DNA of 64,000 bases. It comes from Podarcis muralis. Lineage: Eukaryota. The first letter of the stretch is position 1. Every line of letters starts with the position of its first letter. Both the position numbers and the translations under genes were made by a program. The notes beneath the pieces are model-generated. The model worked only from the letters and a program-made list of their open reading frames with translations. It did no database searches and had not been told where the DNA came from. The DNA lies in the NCBI RefSeq assembly GCF_964188315.1, contig NC_135656.1:107756001-107820000 (forward strand), given 5' to 3'. Of the stretch, positions 35,170-47,753 are shown one piece after another.

Positions 35170-36792
35170 TTACCCCCGAGGATGTGGACAGGCTGCTTGG
35201 ACGAGTGAAACCAACCACCTGTCTCCTTGATCCTTCCCCATCCTGGCTTATAAAAGCTAGCCAGGAAGGGCTGGGCGATGGGCTTCGCGGGGTGGTGAAT
35301 GCTTCTCTCTGCGAGGGAGCCTTCCCAGACCCATTGAAAGAGGCGGTTATCAAACCGCTTCTTAAAAAACCATCTTTAGATGCGGCCAATATGGCCAACT
35401 ATCACCCAGTCTCAAATCTTCCATTCTTGGGCAAGGTGATTGAGCGAGTGGTTGCTGAACAACTCCAGGCTCGCCTGGAAGAAGCGGACCATTTGGATCC
35501 CTTCCAGTCGGGATTCAGGCCTCATCATGGGACTGAAACTGCCTTGGTCGCACTGGTTGATGATCTCCGGTGAGCTAGGGACAAAGGTGAGAGCTGTTTC
35601 CTAGTTCTGCTGGATATCTCAGCGGCGTTTGATACCATCGACCACAGCATCCTTCTGGACAGTCTAGAGGGGTTGGGGGCACTGTTATACAGTGGTTCTG
35701 CTCCTTCCTCCTGGGCCGTGTTCAGCAAGTCGGGGGGTGAGTGTTCAGACCCCTGTGGAGTGCCTCAGGGTTCTGTCCTTTCCCCATCCTTTTCAACATC
35801 TACATGCAACCGCTGGGAGAGATCATCAGGGGGTTTGGGCTGGGTGTCCATCAATATGCGGATGATATGCAGTTCTACCTCTCTTTCAAATCAGAACCAG
35901 TGAAGGTGGTGAAGGTCCTGTGTGAGTGTCTGGAGGCGGTTGGAAGATGGATGGTGGCTAACAGATTGAGGCTGAATCCTGACAAGACAGAAGTACTGTT
36001 TTTGGGGGACAGGAGGCGGGCAGGTGTGGAGGACTCCCTGGTCCTGAATCGGGTAACTGTGCCCCTTAAGGACCAGGTGTGCAGCCTGGGAGTCATTTTG
36101 GACTCACAGCTGTCCATGGAGGCACAGGTCAATTCTGTGTCTAAGGCAGCCCTGTTTACCAGCTCCATGTGGTATGCAGGCTGAGACCCTATCTGCCCAC
36201 AGACTGCCTCGCCAGAGTGGTGCATGCTCTGGTTGCCTCTCGCTTGGACTACTGCAATGCGCTCTACGTGGGGATACCTTTGAAGGTGACCCAGAAACTA
36301 CAACTAATCCAGAATGCAGCAGCTAGACTGGTGACTGGGAGCAGCCACCAAGACCACATAACACCGGTCTTGAACGACCCACATTGGCTCCCAGTACGTT
36401 TTCGAGCACAATTCAAAGTGTTGGTGCTGATCTTTAAAGCCCTAAACGGCCTCAGTCCAGTATATCTGAAGGAGCATCTCCATCCCCATCATTCTGCCCG
36501 GACACTGAGGTCCAGCGCCGAGGGCCTTCTGGTGGTTCCTTCACTGCGAGAAGCCAAATCATAGGGAACCAGGCAGAGGGCCTTCTCGGTAGTGGCACCC
36601 GCCCTGTGGAATGCCCTCCCACCAGATGTCAAAGAGAACAAGAACTACCAGACTTTTAGAAGACATCTGAAGGCAGCCCTGCTTAGGGAAGCTTTTAATG
36701 TCTGATGCATTACTGTATTTTAATATTTTTTTGGAAGCCGCCCAGAGTGGCTGGGGAAGCCCAGCCAGATGGGTGGGGTATAAATAATACTA

Positions 36793-36838
<46 letters not shown>
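35170..36838 (+). mobile_element. degenerate L2 LINE, 3' 1.7 kb
   Basis: Frameshifted RT pieces (NLPFLGKVIERVV...QSGFRPHHGTETAL; QYADD; LDYCNALY) in ORFs 35184, 35741 and 36169; (ATT)n tail 36796..36838. Confidence 0.9.
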
Positions 36839-36840
<2 letters not shown>

Positions 36841-37579
36841 ATGGGGTGGTCAATTAGAGGCCAAAGGAACAGTAATGGCAAAGTGGGTGTGTCACACAAT
36901 AGCATTTGGCTCAGCTGCCAAATGTTTTACACTCCCAGCACATCTGGGAACTTCGCTTTTTGGAAAGACCTGCATAGATTTAGCTATCATTCCTGTCATT
37001 CCTTTTAACAACAGCAACAACAATAAAACACCAAACACTTGCATTATTTTTGAACGTATATATTTCCTCACAAAGTCTGCCTTTATCTACACATTTCAAC
37101 TAAGCACATCCCTTTTTAATATGCATTTTGGTATGTATCTGAGCTGAAACCCAGTATGCAATATTTAGTGTGAAAACCAAAGTCTGCCTGTGTTCTGATC
37201 TGCATATTTTTTTCAGGACAGACACATCTACGTTGGTTCAATGAAAAATTCAGACAGAACAAAAGCTTCAAGGATCCCTAATCTTGATATCTTCTTGTGG
37301 TGGTTGGAAAAACCTATGAATGTGAACGATGACAAAGGGGTGATCTGGCTGCCCTCTGAGAGAACGAGGCTGTACTCACTTCATTCCTTTCCGTTTCAGT
37401 CCCACTCAAGCACTCGCTACCTGTTTATACTGAACATTTGAAGAGCCTCTCCAGAATGACCAGGCTAAGCCATGCTGCCTAGGGGATGCATGACTGACAT
37501 CAGCATAAAGGAGTCCTATAGGCCATCTGTCATGGATGCTTTAGCTGAGACTCCTGCATTGCAGAGGGTTGGACTAGAT

Positions 37580-37715
37580 CAGTGTTTCCCAACCTTGGGC
37601 CTCCAGCTGTTTTTGAACTACAACTCCCATCATCCCTGACTAGCAAGACCAGTGGCAAGGGATGGTGGGAATTGTAGTCCAAAAACAGCTGGAGGCCCAA
37701 GGTTGGGAAACACTG
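37580..37715. mobile_element. palindromic hAT-type MITE inserted in a CR1-tail remnant
   Basis: cagtgtttcccaaccttgggcctccagctg...cagctggaggcccaaggttgggaaacactg; 8-bp TSD gactagat. Confidence 0.85.
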
Positions 37716-38058
37716 GACTAGATGACCCTTGGGCCCCTCCCAACTCTGATTCTATTATTCTATGCAGGTGGCTCCCTCCTTGGGGATGGAAACCCTAAAT
37801 GAGCGCATGTCTTCTGCAGATCCCATTCATGCACTCAGTTGCCCAGAGTACCAAATGCCTGAGTGGGATTTACATTTTCATCAACTGCCTATCAAACCAT
37901 TTGTTTTTTTCTTCAGTCAGTTTTGTCCCAATGAACAGCTGCATTGTGAATAGTTGTGTTAAGGAGCAGGCCTAGCTGAAACTGTTTCTAAGGCATGATT
38001 TTCCCCATTTCAGAGCTTCCCATTTCACTTGCTGCAAGATATTTCCTGTTCTGCCTTT

Positions 38059-41000
38059 CTAGGTTTCTGTCGCACTGTTCACATCTTTCTCCAAAGTAGA
38101 TGAAGCAGGAACCTCTGGAGATTTTTCTGCAAAAGACAAATGTGGGACAGAGGGAAAGAACTAATGAGCAGAAGGTCAAACGACTATCCATGCAGGAGAT
38201 TGCTCAGTCTCCTGACTTTTGTTTTTAAGCAAAAGCAGAATCCCCCTCCCCACATTTTATGGTACCCTTCATGCCCCACTGAAGATGGGGTCTTAAGCTG
38301 CTTCAGGGGCAAAGCTCTCAGAGGTGGCTGAGGGGAACAGGTGTTCCTTTCCCTCCTCACTTTACCAATTTATTTATTTTTAAAAGCCCTTGCCGCTACT
38401 CCTACAATGACAATAACAAAGTTTCCTTTTCCACATCATGTCTCCTGTACCAGAATGCTGTGGGAGCTGATGAGGCCTTTTTTAAAAAGCAGAGGATGGG
38501 GAACCTGTGGCCCTCCAGATGTTGTTGGCCTGTGGTGATCATCCCTGACCAGTAGCCACTAAAGATAGACAGATCTGCCCATTTTGGTTCTCCCAGTTTC
38601 TCATTTCTTCATTCTTAAATTCAGTTCCGCACATTCCTGCAGCTGCCGGCAATTTAGGTGGAAAAGGACTCATGAAAATGTGTGTGGAAGATCATTTATC
38701 TATTCGTGTCGTTTTGTTAGGTTGTTTAATGTTCTTGCTGTTTTAATATGTTTCATTAGGCCAGTTGCCTGGGAAAACAAGGAAAAGAATTGAATTGTGA
38801 GCAAGTGAAGGCTGAGGGTTTGGGGCAGCCTTGGCAACTGTTGCTAAGGGATTTGGGGTGTTGGGAGAATGACCTTTGGAGGGTGGTTAAGCCAGTGAGG
38901 GGAGAGGAGAAGAGTACTGAGGGAACAATACTGCTGTGGGGAGTTTGTGGAGAACCTTTGATAAAAGAAAACCGCCCTCAATTTCTTGAAGTGGCCACGA
39001 GGAGAACTGAATAGGACCGTGATGTGAGAAAGAACAGCTAGATGATGATCCGCTTTCAGCACAGGTGCCTGGTATGCTGAGGCAACTCTTTCTTAGAGAG
39101 GGACATATTTGGGCCTTGTTCTAGAACATTCTGGGCTCACAGAAGATAGCACTGGTTTCAAATTTCGGAGGGCCCTTGAACAAAGCACACATCATGAGGC
39201 CCCTTCTCTTACCGAGTCAACTGCCACTCTGGCATTATCACCGGCTGGTATTATTCACCTTTCTCCTCATTGCTACCACCGGCTTGTTTGCCAGATGGAG
39301 AGGCAAGCAGACAGGGACATCCACTGCTTTGCCTTTTCACCCACCCACCCCTTGTCTGAGCCAGGGTGACAGGCAGGTGTACAAGCAGGTTGCAACGGTA
39401 AAGAAGAGAAGCAGGTGGGGACGGATCCTGTCCATGGTCCCTCTCCTGGGGTGTGGGCCCAGAACATATGCCCCACAATGCCACCTCTTTGTGCAGCCCT
39501 CACAGAAGTATTGCCTACTTTCAGTGATATCCCTTCTCCTAGTGGTTGCACTGGGGGCATGGTTCTGATCACGCCAAGGCCACGGGTCTCATTCCCTCAC
39601 GAGCCACCTGCCTATTCCTGTACTGCAGGGGCTTGCACTAAATGATCCTTGAGGTTTGTTCCAACTCTACAATTCTCTGGTTCTGTTCTGTGATTCTAAT
39701 CCAGAGCTGGGAACTGCATATGGTTCCTTTCCTTAAAGGGCCCTAATCACACCTGTTTGTGTGGCCTTGGAATGCAAGGAGCTCAGGAAATCGCATTGTG
39801 GGCTAGGTGACATCCGTTTGAGCTGGGCTGCCACATCTGTGCCAATGTGGAAGAACTTCTGCTCTGCGGCGTTGTAGACAGGCCACTGTGCCTCATCTCC
39901 CATGGACCCAGTGGGATTCCTGTAGAGGAAACAAAGAAATCAGAGCCATATCTCAGCCTCAGATTGGTTTGCAGGGTGAAGCTTCCAGTGTTGTATAATG
40001 TAATAAATAGATAAGCCACACCAGGATTTAAATGCTGTCTAAACCTTGCTCCCAGTGCTGCTGGGAGTGCTGTGCCACAAATAAAAGTTGCCCCATAGCC
40101 GACATCAGAAGTGGGCAGCTGTGCAAGGATTCCAGTTGCTGACAGCAGTCCTGTATATGGGCAACAGATTCGCTTTAGGAAAAATGACTGTGTTTCTCAA
40201 AATGGTGCCCTCCAACCTAGGATCATACATGCTGTGGTAGAAGCTTACTCACAGGTGCAGTAAGGCATTGTCCATGATAACTACAGCAGAGGTGGAGAAC
40301 ACCTTTCAGAGCAGGGGCCACATTACCTCATACATAAGCTTTAGGGAGCCAAAAGTGGGCCAGTCAATGGATGTGACTCTTGCCTTGTACAATAGGCTAC
40401 ATTCCTGCCATGAAAACATCAATCTCTGCATCGAGGCATGCAAGAAATATTACCTCACTTTAAGGACATATTCCAGTCTGGGGAAAGCCCTCAAGGATAG
40501 CACAGAACCCAGCAGGTGAGAGGGGTGCACTGGGGAGGGAGACGCCCAATGACCGGACAGAGAGAATCCCACCCGTCCTCCACAAAATGGAAGCCTTTTA
40601 GCAAAGGAAACATGCTGGGAGGTGGACAACCCACAACATTCAAGCTGAACCACATTCACAACCTGCGCAAAGGTGCCATCAATGACACGGATGATCCGAA
40701 AGTGTTTGACTAATGCCTTACCCGCTTCTGGCAAATTCTGCCCAGTATCGCATCACTTGGCGGCTCAATTCGGCTTCGGCAGCCTTCACCTCCGACCGGT
40801 TTGTTTGCAACACTAATTCCACGCTTCCAAACAAGTAAGGTACCTCAGCTCCATGAGGTGTCCCCGCCCATTCAGGCCAAATAGAGTCAGGATTGCGGTG
40901 GTCGAAGGAGTAAACATAAACTTGGTTCTTATCTTTCCCCACCTTCTCAGCAAATTCAAGCAGAGGGCACACAAAGAAGTAATCTCCCATATAATGACTC

Positions 41001-42193
41001 ATGGCCAAACGATATTGTTCCGACCCATGGCTACCTTCAGTGTACTTCTGTATCACATCCTGGTCAACATTTTGTTTGGTTGCTCCTTTCAAAGTTCCAT
41101 TGACTGCTCTAAGGGCCTGCTCCTGGGTCAGTATTGCATCCTTCGATGTCATGTTAGGAAACATAAAAAATACCATAGTTGACCCTTCATCAGCAGTGAC
41201 GCCAGTGAGAATGGGTTTGCTGTGAACAAGGCCACTCTCCAGCAGCTTTGGGGGATCATCTGGGAGGAACTCCCCATCCGTTGTCAATGAGAAGAAAGTT
41301 TGCAAGGCATCAAACATTTTGCTGTTCATTTCCAACCCCTGTAGGCAGCTTACCATAGCACTGTGGTTAGCTTTAGGGCACCCCACAAGGCCACTAACCA
41401 TCGCCGAATCTCTTAGGGCATCTTCAGGATTCTTCCAAGCCCAGGGGGCATTGGGAACTCCACTCTGAAGCACAGCACGGGCAAAAAGGGGTTGGCTTGC
41501 CGGTGAAAGCAGGTGGAAACCAACTGCAGCTCCTCCAGCACTTTCGCCAAATAGAGTTATCCGGGTTGCATCACCGCCAAACACAGCTGCATTCTCACTC
41601 ACCCACTTCAGAGCCAGATGTTGGTCCCACAAGCCAACGTTTCCTGGGGCATCTGGCGGCATGTACAGGAAACCTAGGGTCCCCACGCGGTAATTCATGG
41701 AGGCCACAATGACATTCTCTGTAGCTGCTAACAAGGCCCCATTGTACATATCCAAAGAGGCTGTGCCAATGATGAAACCCCCGCCGTAGATCCAAAGGAG
41801 GATGGGCACTGGTGTGACTGGCCGTGGGTGGGGCACCCAGATGTTGAGGAAGAGGCAGTCCTCTGAAAGTGGTGTGTTAGCAGCAAATAGCTCTGCATAT
41901 GGCATTTTTTCAATGTTTACCTGAAGGCAAGAATTGCCAAAGCTGGTGGCCTCCAAGACCTGGCTCCACGGCTGATGTGGAACTGGCTTCTGGAAGCGCA
42001 GTTTGCCTATGGGGGGCTCAGCATAGGGGATGCCCAGGTAGGCGGTCACAGAGCCAGAGCCAGCTGGGAGTCTTTTGCCTCTAATAGGACCGCTGCTGGT
42101 GACCACCACAGTATCATCTTCAGAGGCAGAACTGGAAGCCAGGAGGAAGAGGAGGAGGCACAAGGAGGAGGGTGAAATCCGGAAACAACACAT
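38059..42193 (-). CDS. Gene D: secreted cholinesterase-like serine hydrolase with intact triad, 568 aa; join(42193..40722, 39919..39753, 38126..38059)
   Basis: FGESAG (AGT at 41540..41542), GVTADEGS (Glu), HGAEVPY (His), YGGGF; 167-bp exon 3; last exon EKSPEVPASSTLEKDVNSATET*. Confidence 0.92.
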
Positions 42194-42983
42194 AGTTGCT
42201 GCTGCTGAACGAATCAGAAATAAGGGTGGGTTGGGAAACATTAAAATATGGGACATTTGAATAATGCAACCAAGCCTGAATACAAGAAGAAACCCAAATG
42301 GAAGGGTCAGTATCAAACATATCTTCTTTTTGTATGTCCCTTCCTACAAAAGAACATATACCACAATAAAAACTCTTTAAGGTACCAGGGGACACTGTCC
42401 AGTATTTTGATGGTTTCTAGTCCCTGTACCGTCCTAAGCATATATAGTTATTAATGCCTATTTTATTTAACAGAAGTTTTGGTTCCTCTAAATTATGAAT
42501 GCAACAGGTAACTGGGTATATCACATCTCTCGATCATGTACATCTGTCCTAACAGCTACAGTACACCTTAAATGGAGACATTGAGAAGTATCTTCACCTT
42601 GCTCAAATCTCCTGGGGAATCAACACCTGGATACTCAAAGCATCTCCATACTGTACTTTAGCTATTCCACAAATAACGTTTCTCCAGGTCTATTGTTGTA
42701 CAGTTTGACAGAAGGGGTTATCACTGAAATCGCCAAAGACAAACCCAACCCCAAAAAAGGTAAAAACAGCAACAACATTGACACTGCTAGAACACAAGTT
42801 TCTGATTTCCTTTCCTATGGCAGGTCTTCTACCTGTTCTCCAAAGAACATTCCCCCATTCTCATCCATTTTAAGAGACACTCTGATTTGTGATCTAGAGT
42901 TGCTGTGGTTCCAGTTTTTGGTAATGTTCTGAGTTAACCTCCATGGCCAGCTCAAATCACATTTCTGTTCCTTACAGACTCAC

Positions 42984-43132
42984 CCTGATGGGGTTCTCCT
43001 GCTCCTCAGTATCCCCTGCAACTCACTCTGAAGAGGAAAGTTAGGTAGTGCTGAGGATCCAGAGACTCTTATGAAAAACACCTGGGCGTGGGAGCATCTG
43101 CCCATCTGTACGTAAGCAAAAGTCAATGACCA
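42984..43132 (-). promoter_or_regulatory. putative exon 1 and promoter of gene D
   Basis: Donor CAGG|GTGAGT at 42983; same conserved block as A-C; intron 1 only ~0.78 kb. Confidence 0.6.
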
Positions 43133-44120
43133 ACTGGCTTTGCTCACCCAGTGGGAGGAGGCTACAGCTTGGCAGGATCCGAATGTATGTCAGGGGTCAG
43201 AGAGACTTTGCTTTTACATAAATTGGGGGAAGGTCAGGGGGAAAGACAAAGGGCTGCCTCCAAAATAAGTCATACTCAGAGGAGACCCACTACAATTAAA
43301 GGACATGACTATGATAGGACCATTGATTTCCGTGTGTCCACTCTGAGTAGAACTTAAAAGGATTCAGCCCAAAGTTATTGCCATCCTCCTGTCCTTTGGC
43401 TACGAAGTAATACCAATGTCCACAAATACAACCAACCAGTAGCCTGGCTCTCAGAACAAAATGCAGTGCTTAAGTGAAAACTTGTGTGATTCTTCTGTCA
43501 GCACAAAGGGCTTGTCATGGGCCAGGAGTCGGCTTCACCTGCTGAAGCCCAAAGTTATTTCAATCCTTCTGTCCTTTAGCCATGGAGTGATACAAATGTC
43601 CACAGATACAGGGAAAGAGTGACCTGGAACTCCAATTCCAGGATTTTGGATTTTGAGAAGCAGCTTTCCAAGAATATACACCCATTCCTAAGGCATGTGC
43701 AGGCAATGAGATTTATTCCACTAACAACTAGTGGATCAGCAACAGATTAAGAAAATAGGGATTAATACACAAATAGATTCTAATCTAGAATGTTCCAGCT
43801 TCTCCAAAGGTCCAGATACGCCAATGGCAGCCTGTCCCATCAGGCTTTTCTCACAGTCAGTTTGGGGATGCAACCAATGAGTAAGGTCCTTCTAGATCCA
43901 TAATTTGATAGCACTTTAGCAAGGAACTCCAACCAGCAGGTGGCAGCAGAGATGTTGCAATAGCAACTGGGGTGCATTGCAAGAGGGAGCTCCAGCTAGG
44001 GTTGCCAAACTTCAAAAAGTAAAATTCATGACACCTGGGAGTTCCTAACAGCTTTTTGAGCTGTTACCACTGCTTTGCCCATCTGATGCCATTTTTAAAC
44101 CCGAAAACCAGGACATGTCA

Positions 44121-44482
44121 GGAATGGGTGGCGCTGTGGGTAAAACCTCAGCACCTAGGACTTGCCGATCGTCAGGTCGGTGGTTCGAATCCCTGTGGCG
44201 GGGTGCGCTCCCGCTGCTCGGTCCCAGCGCCTGCCAACCTAGCAGTTTGAAAGCACCCCCGGGTGTAAGTAGATAAATAGGGACCGCTTACCAGCGGGAA
44301 GGTAAACGGCGTTTCCGTGTGCGGCTCTGGCTCACCAGAGCAGCGATGTCACGCTGGCCACGTGACCCGGAAGTGTCTCCGGACAGCGCTGGCCCCCGGC
44401 CTCTTGAGTGAGATGGCCACACAACCCTAGAGTCTGGCAAGACTGGCCCGTACGGGCAGGGGTACCTTTACCTTTACCTTTA
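44121..44482 (+). mobile_element. Sauria SINE
   Basis: Family match, (ACCTTT)n tail. Confidence 0.9.
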
Positions 44483-44820
44483 TGGCAAGCCTATAATTGC
44501 AACACTGGGAGGGGTTTACTGCAGTGCCCAGAATTGTTTGAGGGAAGAAATGCGCTTTGAATGTGCTTCAGATGAATATTTTATATGCAACTTGACTGTG
44601 TGTATGAGTCCCTAGCCTGAACTTCAGCTGGAGCCCTCCAGGGTTTGCCAGGAACCTTGGCTCTCTCTTTTTTCATATAATTTTTATTATTTTCATTAAT
44701 AAAATAAAAACATAAAATATAACAACATTATAATAGCCATTTCTAAAACATTTGCTCCACCGAGCTCGTGACTTCCCTCCCTCCCTTCAACTGGTTTCTA
44801 ATTTCCTGATAAATTATATA

Positions 44821-46398
44821 CCGTATTTTTCGGACTATTGGACGCACCGGTCCATAGGACGCACCTAGATTTGGGGGGGGAAATAAAGGCAAAAAAATTT
44901 ATTCCCCCCCCCCCCGCCAGGCGCGGGGCTGGGGCGGGGAAGCCCGAGCTTCCCACTCCCCCAGAACGGGACCCAGAGCCATGCCGAAGCTGCGCGCAGC
45001 TTTGGCATCGCTCTGGGAGCTTGCGGGGCTGGGGGAGGAGGAAGCCTTCCGCCAGCCTCCAAACCATGTCGGGAGACAGCGGGATGGCGCGCTGCGCCTC
45101 TCCCGCTGTCCCCCGAGTTTGCGGGGCTGGGCCAGCCTTCTAACCAAGTCGGGGGACAGCGGGAAGGGCGCGCTGCGCCCCTGCCGCTGTCTCCCGAGTT
45201 TGCGGGGCTGGCGACGGGGAGGAGCAGGCTTCTCCCCCCGCCAGCCTTCTAGACAAGTCGAGGGACAGCGGGAAAGGCGCGCTGCGCCTCTCCCGCTGTC
45301 CCCCGAGTTTGCGGGGCTGGCAACGGGGAGGAGCAGGCTTCTCCCCCCGCCAGCCTTCTAGCCAAGTCGGGGGACAGCGGGAAGGGCGCGCTGCGCCTCT
45401 CCCGCTGTCCCCCGAGCTTGTGGGGCTGGCGGTGGGGCTCTCCTGAAGCCTGGAGGTTGTGGGGCTGGTGGGGGGGAGAAGCAGGCTTGCTTCTCCCACC
45501 CCCAGCCTCCAGATCAGGTCGGGGAATAGCGGGATGGCGGAGCGCCGCCATCCCGCTATTCCACGACCTGATCTGGAGGTTGTGGGGCTGGGGGGGGGAG
45601 AAGCAGGCTTGCTTCTCCCACCCCCAGCCTCCAGATCAGGTCGGGGAATAGCGGGATGGCGGAGCGCCGCCATCCCGCTATTCCCCGACCTGATCTGGAA
45701 GTTGTGGGGCTGGGGGGGGGAGAAGCAGGCTTGCTCCTCCCACCCCCAGCCTCCAGATCAGGTCGGGGAATAGCGGGATGGCGGAGCGCCGCCATCCCGC
45801 TATTCCCCGACCTGATCTGGAGGTTGTGGGGATGGTGGGGGGGAGAAGCAGGCTTGCTTCTCTCACCCCCAGCCTCCAGATCAGGTCGGGGAATAGCGGG
45901 ATGGCGGAGCGCCACCATCCCGCTATTTCCCGACCTGATCTGGAGGTTGTGGGGCTGGGGGGGGGAGAAGCAGGCTTGCTCCTCCCACCCCCAGCCTCCA
46001 GATCAGGTCGGGGAATAGCGGGATGGCGGCGCTTCGCCATCCCCCTATCCCCCGAGCTTGTGGGGCTGGGGGGGGAGAAGCAGGCTTGCTTCTCCCCCCG
46101 CCAGCCTCCAGATCAGGTCGGGGAATAGCGGGGTGGCGGCTCTGCGCCTCCCCGCTGTCCCCAGCTTTTGGGTGCAGGCTGCTGCCCGCAAGCCTTGCGA
46201 GCCCGCGGGACATCCCGCCGGGCTTGCAAGACTTGGGATAGCTTCCTGAAGCCTGGAGAGCGAGAGGGGTCGGTGCGCACGGACCCCTCTCACTCTCCAG
46301 GCTTCAGCAAAAGCCTGCATTCGCACCATAGGACGCACACACATTTCCCCTTCATTTTTGGAGGGGAAAAAGTGTGTCCTATAGTGCGAAAAATACGG
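44821..46398. mobile_element. non-autonomous Tc1/mariner (pogo/Tigger-like) element filled with GC-rich hairpin repeats
   Basis: 18-bp TIR ccgtatttttcg(g/c)actat, TA duplication; internal arrays ~45060..45420 and ~45460..46160. Confidence 0.85.
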
Positions 46399-46736
46399 TA
46401 CACATTTCTGCTGTCAGTTTCTGTCCTTCAGTACATCTCAAGTCCTTCTATTATCCATGGTCAGATACTATTTTTATATTATGTGGCAATTTTTATATTA
46501 TGTGGCAACATTCATATCAATCCTGCTAGTGTCTTCACATTTTTGCAATAGTCTCTCAGGTACTCAATAAATTTACTCCAAACACTCTCTGGGATTTCTG
46601 ATCGACTTGTTTGGTTCCGGATCCTCACAGTCAGTTTGGCTAACTCCACATAGTCCATCATCTTAATCTGCCACTCCCCGCTCATTGGTAATTCTTGTGA
46701 TTTCCACCTTTGGGCTAAAAGAATTCTTGCCGCAGT

Positions 46737-47133
46737 TACCGACAAAAGAAGAATGGAGGATGAAACTGATGGACTATGCACAATTAGATAAATTAACAGG
46801 AAGAATTTGAAACCTGCGGGACCAGAGATTCACAGAAGACTGGTGTAAATTTACGGACTATTTGAAAAGTAACTGTGATGATCAGATTACACTAGTAGGT
46901 TTGCAAGAAGTTTTGTAAGGTGAACTATTTGAAATGTTGCAAAAAAGGTAATGAGGAGAATTGTTAGTTAAGATAATTAAAGGCAATATGAATTTAAGAA
47001 ATGCAGAAGAAGTGATAAGAATGGAGGATCATCAGAGGTGCTGATGGAAGTCCAAAAAGATTGTATAAGAAGTGAAGTTCTGTTGTATGATTGATAATCA
47101 ATATGCTAAAATTAATAAAAATTATTATTAAAA
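46737..47133 (+). mobile_element. L1-clade 3' fragment nested in the minus-strand L1
   Basis: A-rich tail and ~20-bp TSD aaaagaattcttgc(c/t)gcagt (46717..46736, 47134..47153). Confidence 0.75.
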
Positions 47134-47484
47134 AAAAGAATTCTTGCTGCAGTGGTGGCATACATAAACAGTCTTTGGTCTGCTTTTGTAATCTCTTCTC
47201 CCAACAACCCAAGCAAAAACACTTCCGGTTTTGGGGGGAAGGTATATTTTAACTTGACTCTTGCATTGAACCTGAACTCTTGCTGGAGACTGAATCACCA
47301 TCTGAATGTGACCACCCTCGGGAAGATAATAGCCATTGTGCATTTGAGAAGGACAGTTAATGCCTTGCCAGGCAAACTCTGCTCAATATCGCATCACTCT
47401 GCCATATATGTTTGTTTATGAATGCTCTACTAAATAAATGAATAAAGCAGGCAGTGTTCCACTAAAAAAAAAAAATAATTATCC

Positions 47485-47623
47485 AGTACATATTGGTAGA
47501 GCATGAAACTCTTGATCTCAAGGTTGTGGTTTCGAACCTCACATTGGGTGGAAGAATCCTGCACTGTAGGGGGTTGGACTAGATGATCCTCATGGTCCTT
47601 TCCAACTCTATGATTCTGTTCTA

Positions 47624-47625
<2 letters not shown>
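47485..47625 (+). mobile_element. SINE with tRNA-Lys(CUU)-like head and CR1 3' tail
   Basis: tggtagagcatgaaactcttgatctcaaggttgtggtttcgaacctcacattggg then gggttggactagatg...ccaactctatgattc. Confidence 0.65.
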
Positions 47626-47626
<1 letters not shown>

Positions 47627-47678
<52 letters not shown>

Positions 47679-47700
47679 TACACACACACACACACACACA
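47627..47700. repeat. (CT)n(CA)n microsatellite
   Basis: Read directly. Confidence 0.95.
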
Positions 47701-47753
47701 CCAGCTTAAATAAATGTTCTTGCACCACACCGCCACATTGTGAGGCACACATA

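Larger units (their letters stand above)
44665..47260 (-). mobile_element. L1-clade LINE 3' fragment, split by two later insertions
   Basis: ORF2 C-terminus YTFPPKPEVFLLG...LFMYATTAARILLAQRWKSQE...; T-rich tail near 44665-44700. Confidence 0.75.

Noticed and set aside
42194-42316. N-terminal ORF extensions (D, also A-C)
   Set aside because: They run through the pyrimidine tract and AG acceptor just before the signal-peptide ATG, so they are intron 1 sequence.
45140-46344. Repetitive Pro/Arg/Gly-rich ORFs, and a CRISPR-like look of the repeat array
   Set aside because: Products of a GC-rich minisatellite; the linkers are near-identical rather than unique spacers, there are no cas genes, and the DNA is vertebrate.
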